Positions 17,725 to 25,993 of a stretch of 62,119 nt of DNA are shown piece after piece. Within the stretch, counting starts at the first letter, position 1; every line of letters begins with the position of its first letter. This stretch comes from Syntrophales bacterium. Lineage in GTDB: Bacteria; Desulfobacterota; Syntrophia; Syntrophales; UBA8958. A program made the translations under genes and the position numbers. A model generated the notes under the pieces. It had not been told where the DNA came from. It ran no database searches and saw only the letters and a program-made list of their open reading frames with translations. The stretch is taken from positions 1-62,119 of the forward strand of contig JBAYKV010000001.1 of NCBI GenBank assembly GCA_041664405.1, read 5' to 3'.

Positions 17725-17822
17725 AATATTCAGGGATGAAGAAATTCATCCCTGAATATTCAATAAATTTGAATAAATCTATGATGTTGTTGGTGGCGCC
17801 CCTGGAATTGCCATGGTCATCA
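17725..17822. repeat. Palindrome family copy 2 with conserved 62-nt tail
   Basis: Perfect AATATTCAGGGATGA-AGAAAT-TCATCCCTGAATATT (17725-17760). The tail 17761-17822 aligns without gaps to 25698-25759. Confidence 0.75.
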
Positions 17823-17926
17823 ACCTCAAGATACGTCTGGGGATAGAAAAGGTCCTGAGAGGCTGTGAGAGCGATGATGCCGTATTTGTCAAAGAGAGGC
17901 ATAAGCAAAATAATGGAGGCTCGGAA

Positions 17927-20020
17927 ATGTTGTTGCAACCCGTTATCACCATGTCCTGTTTTTATGCCGGGGAAAAGGCAGGAACGGGAACCTTGGCAAT
18001 GGAACAAGATGATGCGCAATTGACGGAGATCGGAGCACTTCGCAGACGCGTAGTCGAACTTGAGGATGCGGAAAAATCCCGGCGCGAGTGTGAGCGGCGC
18101 TTGACTGGTATTACCGACTTTTTCCCCGATGCCACCTTGGTCATTAATCAGGATGGGAAGGTAATTGCCTGGAATCGGGCCATGGAAGTGATGACCGGCA
18201 TCAAAGCGGAGGAGATGCTGGGCAAAGGTGATTATGAATATGCGCTCCCCTTCTATGGCGAGAGGCGACCTATTCTCGTTGACCATGTACTTAACCCCGA
18301 GGGCGGAGTGCTTATGTATGACCATTATACGATGCTTAAGCAAAATGAAGAGGCCCACTTGGGTGAAGCGTATACACCCGGTCTGGGTAAGGGTATGGAT
18401 ATCCATGTATCTGCAACAGCATCCGTTCTGCGGGACGAGCAAGGAAATGTCATCGGGGCCATCGAGTGCATAAGGGACAACACGGAACGTAAGCAATTGG
18501 AGCGGGAGTTGATCTGTTCGGAAAAGAGGTACCGCGATCTGGTTGACAATTCTTTGGTGGGCGTTTACCTGACAAAGTATGAGGGTACAATACTATTTGT
18601 AAATCAAGCTTTTGCCGACATGCTCGATTATGGTTCCGCTGATGAGCTGATTTCCACGGACGCAGGGATGCTTTACCGGAACAGGGAAGACCGGAGAAAA
18701 ATCATCAGAGATCTCAAAGAGACAGGCTATCTAAACAATCGTGAAGTTGAACTGCTCTCGAGAAGTGGTGAGACGAAACATATTTTATTAAGCGTTGTTC
18801 TTGATAATGATCTCATTTCGGGGACGATCATTGATGTGACGCACCGCAAGCGTACCGAGGAACAGAACCGGAAGCTTCAGGCTCAACTCATGCGTGCTCA
18901 GAAGATGGAAGCGGTCGGAACGCTGGCCGGGGGCATTGCCCATGACTTCAACAACATCCTGATGGGCATTCAGGGGTACGCCTCGCTCATGTTGTTAAAC
19001 CACAAGTCGGACCATCCATACCATGCGAAGCTAAGGACGATAGAGGGGCTTGTGGCGAGTGGCGCCAAACTCACCCAGCAACTGCTCGGATTTGCCCGGG
19101 GCGGCAAATACGATGTCAAACCGACAAACGTCAACATTATTCTTGAAAAAACCCTCTCCATGTTCGCCAGGACCGGCAAGGATCTTTCCATTACCAAGAT
19201 GCTGAACGAGGATATATGGGCGGTGGAGGTTGATCAGTGTCAGATCGAACAGGTATTTTTAAATCTGTTGATTAATGCCTCGCAGGCGATGCCGGGGGGA
19301 GGGGATTTGTTCATAGAGACTAAAAAACTCTGCTTACCTGAGTCGGAAGTAATGCCTTTTGGAGTCTCTCCGGGAAGATACGTCTGTATAGCCATGACGG
19401 ACACGGGAATTGGCATGGACGAAAAGACCCTAGAACGGATTTTCGATCCCTTCTTTTCAACAAAGAGCCCCGGCAGGGGAACCGGTTTGGGATTGGCTTC
19501 CGTTTATGGGATCATCAAAAACCATGGAGGCTTCATTACCGTGCAGAGTGAGCCCGGCAGCGGTTCGACCTTCAATGTATATCTGCCAGCAACGGAAAAA
19601 GAAGCGATCTGTACGGAAGAACTTCCTGGAGAGATATTAGCGGGCCGGGAAACGATTCTTGTGGTGGATGATGAGAAGCAAATAACGGAAGTCGTTAAAG
19701 AGATTTTGGAGAGCCTCGGATATCGTGTCCACATCGTGGGAAGCGGTCAGGAGGCGGTTTCCATCTACACGACGATGAGGGAAAATATTGATCTGATTAT
19801 CCTGGATATGATCATGCCCGGGATGTCCGGAGAGAAGACCTTCACTCTCCTGCGGGAAATAAACCCCAAGGTTAAGGTAATAGTTGCCAGCGGCTATAGC
19901 GCCTACGATCAGGCCCAGCGTATCATGGAGTGGGGTTGTCGAGGGTTCATCCCCAAACCGTTCAATATCTCCGTGCTGTCGCGAAAGGTCCGGGAGATCC
20001 TTGATGCCGGCGAAGAATGA
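17927..20020 (+). CDS. Soluble hybrid sensor histidine kinase (PAS-PAS-HisKA-HATPase-REC), paralog A
   Basis: The start is moved to the ATG with GGAGG 7 nt upstream; the track ORF begins at 17813 inside the repeat tail. H-box IAHDFNNILMGIQGY. ATPase motifs DTGIGMDEKTLERIFDPFFSTK and GTGLGL. Receiver ILVVDDE...LIILDMIMPGMSG...IPKPF. Confidence 0.85.
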   Translation: MLLQPVITMSCFYAGEKAGTGTLAMEQDDAQLTEIGALRRRVVELEDAEKSRRECERRLTGITDFFPDATLVINQDGKVIAWNRAMEVMTGIKAEEMLGKGDYEYALPFYGERRPILVDHVLNPEGGVLMYDHYTMLKQNEEAHLGEAYTPGLGKGMDIHVSATASVLRDEQGNVIGAIECIRDNTERKQLERELICSEKRYRDLVDNSLVGVYLTKYEGTILFVNQAFADMLDYGSADELISTDAGMLYRNREDRRKIIRDLKETGYLNNREVELLSRSGETKHILLSVVLDNDLISGTIIDVTHRKRTEEQNRKLQAQLMRAQKMEAVGTLAGGIAHDFNNILMGIQGYASLMLLNHKSDHPYHAKLRTIEGLVASGAKLTQQLLGFARGGKYDVKPTNVNIILEKTLSMFARTGKDLSITKMLNEDIWAVEVDQCQIEQVFLNLLINASQAMPGGGDLFIETKKLCLPESEVMPFGVSPGRYVCIAMTDTGIGMDEKTLERIFDPFFSTKSPGRGTGLGLASVYGIIKNHGGFITVQSEPGSGSTFNVYLPATEKEAICTEELPGEILAGRETILVVDDEKQITEVVKEILESLGYRVHIVGSGQEAVSIYTTMRENIDLIILDMIMPGMSGEKTFTLLREINPKVKVIVASGYSAYDQAQRIMEWGCRGFIPKPFNISVLSRKVREILDAGEE

Positions 20021-20075
20021 TCGAAGGGTTCTTCCCAATAATTATAACTAAATAAAGATTCTGGAGGTTGTCAAA

Positions 20076-21920
20076 ATGTTGGGCAGATTGTCTTTAACCA
20101 AAGGAGGATTGAGAACGAAGCTGATGTTGGGAGGCTGCCTGATGGCCATTATTCCGGTGATAATTCTCGGGGCCATTGCTGTTTACAATGCGAAGTCGAG
20201 CATAGAAAAAGAAACGGATGAGCAGATAATGATGATCTCGAAGAGCATTGCCGATATGGTGGATGGGGTGATGGTTTCGGAATCGAACTCCCTTGCCATG
20301 CTTGCCCAGCGGGACGCGGTCGTTCAAGCTGCCAAGGAAGCAAACGCCGGCGGAAATACGCAGAAGATAGAATTTCTCCAGAAAGAACTCGGCAAACTTC
20401 AATCTATTGCCAAGGGCCGCTATGATTTTGTTTATATTACCGGTAGTAATGGCCTTGTTTTTACCGATAGCGTGAATGGAGCGGCGAAGGGGATTAGCGC
20501 TTTGGACAGGGATTACTTTAAAAAGGCCATGCAAGGACAGCCGAGTGCCGACGCGGTTGTAATCTCGAAGAAAAGCAAGGAACCAGTTTGTTCGGTCGCC
20601 TATCCGGTCAGGGATGAAAACAACAAAGTGATTGGTATGATTTCAGGGCTCATGAAAGTCTCCTTCCTGGCTGATAAAATCAACGAAATCAAGCTGGGGA
20701 AAACCGGTTACGCCTATATGGTCAACAAAGAGGGCGCCGTGATTGTTTACCCGGACACCAAGCAGGTTCTGCAACTCAACCTGGCGAAGGAGCCGGGTAT
20801 GGAGGAGGTGATGAGGAGAGCTCTTGCCGGCGAGACGGGCGTCCAGGAATATTCATACAAAGGGGCAAAGAAATACGCCGGCTTTGCCCCCGTCAAGATT
20901 AACGGTTGGAGTGTCGTAACGGCTGTTCCTAAGGACGAGATGCTGCAATCCGTCTATACCACCCGGGATATCATTTCCATCGGGGTGCTCTTTTTTGCCC
21001 TCCTTGCCGCCGTGATTACCTATCTGGCCGCCGGATCGATTGTGGCGCCCGTTCAGAGGGCGGCAGAAAGATTAAATGCCGGTTCCGATGAGATAGCATC
21101 GGCCGCCGGCGAAGTGGCGCTGGCCAGCCAGAGCCTTGCGGAAGGGGCTTCCGAACAGGCAGCGGCCATCGAGGAGACGTCTTCTTCTCTTGAGGAGATG
21201 TCGTCCATGACGAAACAGAACGCCGACAATGCCAAACAGGCCAAGGCGCATATGGCCGAGGCGCGGATCGTTGTGGATCGTGTTAATCAACAAATCGAAA
21301 ACATGGCTGATACGGTCAGGGAAGTGACAAGCAAGAGCGAGGAAACAGGTAAAATTATCAAGACGATCGATGAGATTGCCTTCCAGACGAATCTGCTGGC
21401 TCTGAACGCGGCGGTCGAGGCGGCCAGGGCCGGCGAAGCGGGGGCCGGGTTTGCCGTCGTGGCTGAAGAAGTACGCAACCTGGCCCTGAGAGCGGCCGAA
21501 GCGGCGAAAAATACATCCGTCCTGATTGAGAATACTATCCAGGTGGTCAGGCGGAACAGCGAACTTACCGACGCTACCCGGGAAGGATTCAAGGAAAATG
21601 TGGAGATTGCCATGAAGCTCGGCACTCTCGTTGACGAGATTGCGGCGGCTTCGGATGAGCAGGCACAGGGGATCAACCAGATAAGTAAAGCTGTTCACGA
21701 GATGGACAAGGTCGTGCAACAGAATGCGGCCAATGCGGAAGAATCCGCCAGCGCATCGGAAGAGATGAGCGCCCAGGCGCAAACCATGAGAGAGATCGTT
21801 CAGGAACTCGTACAGGTTGTTGATGGCGGCAGTAACGGCCATGCCGCCATGGATGCCGAGAGACCGGTTTCATCAAATAGAACAATGCTGCCCTTATTAG
21901 CGCACAAGGCGAAAATATAA
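20076..21920 (+). CDS. Methyl-accepting chemotaxis protein with periplasmic Cache-like sensor
   Basis: N-terminal TM segment, a sensor of about 270 aa, a second TM segment, and the conserved signalling hairpin [38 protein letters not shown]. Confidence 0.9.
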   Translation: MLGRLSLTKGGLRTKLMLGGCLMAIIPVIILGAIAVYNAKSSIEKETDEQIMMISKSIADMVDGVMVSESNSLAMLAQRDAVVQAAKEANAGGNTQKIEFLQKELGKLQSIAKGRYDFVYITGSNGLVFTDSVNGAAKGISALDRDYFKKAMQGQPSADAVVISKKSKEPVCSVAYPVRDENNKVIGMISGLMKVSFLADKINEIKLGKTGYAYMVNKEGAVIVYPDTKQVLQLNLAKEPGMEEVMRRALAGETGVQEYSYKGAKKYAGFAPVKINGWSVVTAVPKDEMLQSVYTTRDIISIGVLFFALLAAVITYLAAGSIVAPVQRAAERLNAGSDEIASAAGEVALASQSLAEGASEQAAAIEETSSSLEEMSSMTKQNADNAKQAKAHMAEARIVVDRVNQQIENMADTVREVTSKSEETGKIIKTIDEIAFQTNLLALNAAVEAARAGEAGAGFAVVAEEVRNLALRAAEAAKNTSVLIENTIQVVRRNSELTDATREGFKENVEIAMKLGTLVDEIAAASDEQAQGINQISKAVHEMDKVVQQNAANAEESASASEEMSAQAQTMREIVQELVQVVDGGSNGHAAMDAERPVSSNRTMLPLLAHKAKI

Positions 21921-22028
21921 AATGATATCGATTTCTTAAGAGAGATAAAATTTTATGCGGAAGGCATAATAAGTGGCCGGATACGGAAACTGTCCCTTCA
22001 AACAAAATGTAGCGTTAAAGGAGGAGAG

Positions 22029-22883
22029 ATGGAAATAAAAAAGATCTGTGTGTTGGGCGCCGGCTTGATGGGAAACGGAATCGCTCAGGTGTGTGCGCAG
22101 GCCGGCTATCAGGTGGCCATGCGGGATATCGAACAGCGTTTTATTGACAACGGGATGAAAACAATCCGGAAAAACCTGAGCCGGGAGGTGGAGAAGGGCA
22201 AACGGACCATGGAGGATATGGAAGCCGTTATCGGGCGGATCAATCCGACGCTGGATATCAAGGAAGCCGCCACCGATGCCGACGTCGTCGTGGAAGTGGT
22301 CATCGAGGTGATGGACGTCAAAAAGAAAGTCTATAAGGAACTGGAGGAAATCGTACCGGCCCATTGTTTGTTCTTCACCAATACCTCCGGTCTGAGCATC
22401 ACGGAAATGGCGGCTATTACAAGGCGACCGGACAAGTTCATAGGAACGCACTTTTTCAATCCCGTGCCGGTGATGCGGCTTCTGGAGATTATCCGCGGCT
22501 ATGAAACCTCCGATGAAACCCTGGAAATCGCCAAGGCCTGGGGGAAGAAGATCGGCAAGGAAGTGATCCTGGTGAAAGAAGCGCCGGCCTTTGCAGTGAA
22601 TCGGATTCTCTGCGCCATGCTCAATGAAGCCTTCTTCGCCCTGGATGAAGGTATTGCAACGGCGGAAGACATCGATAAGGGAATGGTGCTGGGTTGCAAC
22701 CATCCCATCGGCCCGCTGGCCCTGTCCGACATGGTGGGCAATGAGACCCTGCTGCACGTGCTTGAAGGCCTGCGACGTGAATTAGGCGATAAATACCGTC
22801 CGGCACCGCTTCTGGTCAAACTGGTTCGGGCAGGCCGCTTTGGCCGCAAGACCGGGAAGGGCGTTTACGATTACGATAAATAA
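22029..22883 (+). CDS. hbd: 3-hydroxybutyryl-CoA dehydrogenase
   Basis: N-terminal Rossmann fold [15 protein letters not shown]. 284 aa. HFFNPVPVM and NRIL motifs of the 3HCDH family. Confidence 0.9.
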   Translation: MEIKKICVLGAGLMGNGIAQVCAQAGYQVAMRDIEQRFIDNGMKTIRKNLSREVEKGKRTMEDMEAVIGRINPTLDIKEAATDADVVVEVVIEVMDVKKKVYKELEEIVPAHCLFFTNTSGLSITEMAAITRRPDKFIGTHFFNPVPVMRLLEIIRGYETSDETLEIAKAWGKKIGKEVILVKEAPAFAVNRILCAMLNEAFFALDEGIATAEDIDKGMVLGCNHPIGPLALSDMVGNETLLHVLEGLRRELGDKYRPAPLLVKLVRAGRFGRKTGKGVYDYDK

Positions 22884-22901
22884 CCGGTGTATTCGGCATA
22901 A

Positions 22902-22945
22902 CCTGTGAAAAACGGTTCGCGAAAGGCGCTGCCGTTTTTCACAGG
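22902..22945 (+). terminator. Intergenic hairpin between hbd and the acyl-CoA dehydrogenase gene
   Basis: Perfect 14-bp arms CCTGTGAAAAACGG / CCGTTTTTCACAGG with a 16-nt loop. No trailing U tract, so it may be an attenuator or processing site rather than a terminator. Confidence 0.4.
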
Positions 22946-22991
22946 GCCTGGAATGCGATTAGCAATGATTTAGTTGACGGAGGAAGATGTA

Positions 22992-24134
22992 ATGGATTTT
23001 GAATTGACTGAAGAATTGAAAATGTTGAAGGACATGGCCTACAAGTTTGCCGTTGCAGAATTCACGCCTATTTCCAAAGACTGCGACGAACATGAAAAGT
23101 ACACCCCGGAGATCCGCAAGAAGGCAGCTCAGAACGGCCTCGTGGGTGCATGGATTCCGGAGGAGTACGGCGGCGCCGGTGCGGGCATTCTGGGCAATGC
23201 CATTATTACGGAGGAACTCTCCAAAGTGGATATGGGCATCGGCCTGAATGTCGTTGCGGCGACATTCGGCAGTGAATCAATCTATCAATACGGCTCGGAA
23301 GACCAGAAGCAGACCTATCTTCCCAGGATCTGTTCAGGCGAATGGCTCAGCGCCGGCGCATTTACGGAAGCCGATGCCGGCACGGATGTGGCCGGTTATA
23401 GAACCCGTGCGGTCAAGGACGGCGACGACTATGTAATCAACGGCAACAAGATGTTCATCACGAACGGAACAAACTGCCATTTCATGGTTGCCCAGTGCAT
23501 TACAAATCCCGATCAGAAGAGACACGGCAGCTTCAGCCTGATCATTATTCCCGCCGACGCCAAAGGTGTGACGAGAGAGAAAATCCGCGGAAAACTGGGG
23601 ATTCGCGCCAGCGATACGGCGGTGATCACCCTGGAGGACGTCCGTGTCCCCCAGAGCAACCTCGTCGGCAAGGAAGGGCGCGGCTTCATCCAGTTGATGC
23701 ACTTCTTTGACACAACCCGCGTTATGGTTGCGGCCCAGGGGTTGGGCCTCTCCGAAGCCTGCCTGGAGACATCGATAAAATATTGCAAGGAGCGGACGGC
23801 CTTCGGGACAGCCCTGGGAAACTACCAGCTCACCCAGAAGAAACTCGCCGAGATGGCCATCATGATCGAAGCCCTGCGCGGCCTGGCTTACAAATCAGCC
23901 TGGCTCATCGACGTGGGCCGGCCCGACTATCACCTCGCAGCGATGGCGAAATTCTACAGCGGCCAAACGGCGGTCTTCTGCGCCAACAATGCTGTCGAAC
24001 TCCACGGCGGTTACGGCTATATCGACGAATATTCCGTCCAGAAATGGTACCGGGATGCGAAGATCCTGGAACTCTATGAAGGGACCAAGGAAGCCGAAAT
24101 CATGACCATCGGCCGGACCCTGCAGGCCAAATAA
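22992..24134 (+). CDS. Acyl-CoA dehydrogenase (butyryl-CoA dehydrogenase-like)
   Basis: The ATG at 22992 follows GGAGGAAG. Motifs YGGAGAG, FTEADAGTD, FITNG and C-terminal ELHGGYGY...YRDAKILELYEGT. Confidence 0.9.
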   Translation: MDFELTEELKMLKDMAYKFAVAEFTPISKDCDEHEKYTPEIRKKAAQNGLVGAWIPEEYGGAGAGILGNAIITEELSKVDMGIGLNVVAATFGSESIYQYGSEDQKQTYLPRICSGEWLSAGAFTEADAGTDVAGYRTRAVKDGDDYVINGNKMFITNGTNCHFMVAQCITNPDQKRHGSFSLIIIPADAKGVTREKIRGKLGIRASDTAVITLEDVRVPQSNLVGKEGRGFIQLMHFFDTTRVMVAAQGLGLSEACLETSIKYCKERTAFGTALGNYQLTQKKLAEMAIMIEALRGLAYKSAWLIDVGRPDYHLAAMAKFYSGQTAVFCANNAVELHGGYGYIDEYSVQKWYRDAKILELYEGTKEAEIMTIGRTLQAK

Positions 24135-24230
24135 CAATCGGTGCTTGCCTGCTGCCGGAAAGCGCTACCCCGCAAAACCGGATTCCGGAAGCAAAAGAGT
24201 GCCCTATCCTTAGAAGGAGGAACTTGTACA

Positions 24231-25481
24231 ATGAAGGATGTGGTAATTGTTTCTGCCTGTCGCACGGCGGTAGGTGGATTTGGTGGATCTTTGAAGGATA
24301 TGAATCTGGCGACGCTGGGGTCGGTGGTAATGAAAGAGGCCGTCAAGCGCGCGGCGATTGATCCGGCGATCATCGGCGATGTCCGATTCGGCTGCTGCCG
24401 GGAACCGGTGGACAGTCTCAATACGACCCGCATTTCCGCTCTTCTGGCAGGGATTCCCGAAAGCGTGCCGGCGGCGACGGTGAACCGGGTCTGCATTTCA
24501 GGAATGGAGGCGGTGGTTTCCGGGCTGGCTATGATTAAGGCGGGACTTATGGACACGGTTCTGGTCGGCGGTATGGAGCACATGTCCGGGATTCCCTATT
24601 CGGTGCCCACGGCGCGTTGGGGCTGCCGTTTTCAGGATCAGGTTTTCGTGGATGATATCGTCCATGCCCTCCATGCAGGATCCCATATCATCAAGGGTCT
24701 CGAACTGGGTCCTATCAAGGACGGGGAGATCGTGGAGCGATTCCGTGGCAAGCCATATATCATGGGGATTACGGCAGAACTGATCGCCTACAAGCACAAC
24801 ATGTCGCGTGAGGAAATCGATGAGGTAGCCCTCAGGAGCCACAACAACGCCGAGCGGGCGACCAGCGAGGGAGACTTCAAGGAGGAAATCGTTCCCATCG
24901 AACTGCCACAGAAGAAGGGCAAACCGCCCAAGATTTTCGATAAGGATGAACATTTCCGTCCCGGCCTGACCATGGAAGAACTGGCGAAGCTGCCGGCGGC
25001 CTTTATCGAAAAGATCGGGAAGGTCACGGCGGGCAATTCTTCCGGTGTGAACGACGGGGCGTCCGCCATGGTGATAATGTCGGCGGAAAAGGCCAGAGAG
25101 TTGGGGTTGAAACCGCTTGCCAGGATCAAGGCAGTGGGCTTCGGCGGCAACCATCCCTCGGTCATGGGGCTGAGTCCCGTGCCGGCGGTGGCGGACCTGC
25201 TGAAACGATCCGGTATGAAAATCGCCGATTTTGAACTGATCGAGCTCAACGAGGCCTTTGCGGCCCAGTACCTGGGGTGTGAGCGGGAGATCGGCTTCAA
25301 ACGTGAGGTCGCAAACGTGAACGGTTCCGGCGTCGGTCTCGGTCATCCGGTGGGCTCCACCGGTTGCCGGATTATGGTGACACTCCTCCATGCCATGAAG
25401 AAACGTGGCAAAACCCTGGGCATGGCCACCCTCTGTGGCGGCGGCGGGGTGTCCATCGCCACGGTTCTGGAAATGATATAG
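24231..25481 (+). CDS. Acetyl-CoA acetyltransferase (thiolase)
   Basis: The start MKDVVIVSACRTAVGGFGG follows AGGAGG; the track start at 24141 is an upstream extension. Active-site NRVCISGMEA, GHPVGSTGCRI and CGGGG motifs. Confidence 0.9.
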   Translation: MKDVVIVSACRTAVGGFGGSLKDMNLATLGSVVMKEAVKRAAIDPAIIGDVRFGCCREPVDSLNTTRISALLAGIPESVPAATVNRVCISGMEAVVSGLAMIKAGLMDTVLVGGMEHMSGIPYSVPTARWGCRFQDQVFVDDIVHALHAGSHIIKGLELGPIKDGEIVERFRGKPYIMGITAELIAYKHNMSREEIDEVALRSHNNAERATSEGDFKEEIVPIELPQKKGKPPKIFDKDEHFRPGLTMEELAKLPAAFIEKIGKVTAGNSSGVNDGASAMVIMSAEKARELGLKPLARIKAVGFGGNHPSVMGLSPVPAVADLLKRSGMKIADFELIELNEAFAAQYLGCEREIGFKREVANVNGSGVGLGHPVGSTGCRIMVTLLHAMKKRGKTLGMATLCGGGGVSIATVLEMI

Positions 25482-25486
25482 CCGCT

Positions 25487-25530
25487 CGGTTTGCCCCCTT
25501 TATTCCTCTATGAATAAAGGGGGCAAACCG
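25487..25530 (+). terminator. Strong hairpin after the thiolase gene
   Basis: Perfect 19-bp arms CGGTTTGCCCCCTTTATTC / GAATAAAGGGGGCAAACCG with a 6-nt loop, starting 6 nt after the stop codon. Confidence 0.6.
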
Positions 25531-25661
25531 GATATTCGGGCACTGGATTAGTTCCATCCATAGGTAGGAATGAATTCGTTCAGATGCAGAGATCCATGAG
25601 AAACCGATAGAAAACACAAATAACCCTCTATAGGGAGAGAAGAGTTGTCACTTGTCTCCTT

Positions 25662-25759
25662 AATATTCAGGGATGAGGAAAATCATCCCTGAATATTTAA
25701 TAAAACGGAAGGCTGCTATAAGGTTGTAGGTGGCACCCAGTGAATCGCCATGGTCGTCA
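25662..25759. repeat. Palindrome family copy 3 with conserved 62-nt tail
   Basis: Perfect AATATTCAGGGATGA-GGAAAA-TCATCCCTGAATATT (25662-25697). The tail 25698-25759 matches copy 2 at about 44/62 positions, gapless, by hand count. Confidence 0.75.
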
Positions 25760-25993
25760 GGAACGGCAGTGCTTACAGAACCACCCCTCATAATGACTTC
25801 ATTAAGGTTTCTCATCGTATAATTTTTCACCACAGATTAAAGCTGGCCATATCGGGATTTATGCAAAATCGAGCGGTGGCATATGGGCAGGATTCCCTTT
25901 TGCCGATGGGATTTCTTGCCGTGAATCCGGCTCCGATGTGTCAATCAGTCAGGTTATCCGTACCCTGACAGGATAAGAAAAAAGGAGAATCGC

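Noticed and set aside
17794-17812. TGGCGC...TTGCC (and TGGCAC...TCGCC at 25731-25749) in the conserved tail of the palindrome element, considered as sigma54 promoters
   Set aside because: GG and GC are 13 nt apart in both copies instead of the strictly required 10, so they are not credible -24/-12 elements on either strand.
17723-18496. 257-aa minus-strand ORF antisense to hybrid kinase A
   Set aside because: It lies wholly inside a well-supported plus-strand kinase gene, has a low-complexity His/Gly/Ile-rich translation with no motifs, and its end reads through the palindrome. This is a typical shadow ORF.
21072-22757. Minus-strand ORFs of 256 aa (21072..21842) and 273 aa (21936..22757) antisense to the MCP and hbd genes
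   Set aside because: The opposite-strand genes have unambiguous family motifs. The antisense translations are Arg/His/Gly-rich with no recognisable domain.
24498-25391. 297-aa minus-strand ORF antisense to the thiolase gene
   Set aside because: It is a shadow ORF of a GC-rich coding region. The thiolase active-site motifs are on the plus strand.
25889-25904. CAGGATTCCCTTTTGCC as a sigma54 promoter for the OYE-reductase gene
   Set aside because: The GG-N10-GC spacing and the -12 TTTGC are fine, but the -24 element retains only the GG of TGGCAC. This is too weak to call without a scoring matrix or TSS data.
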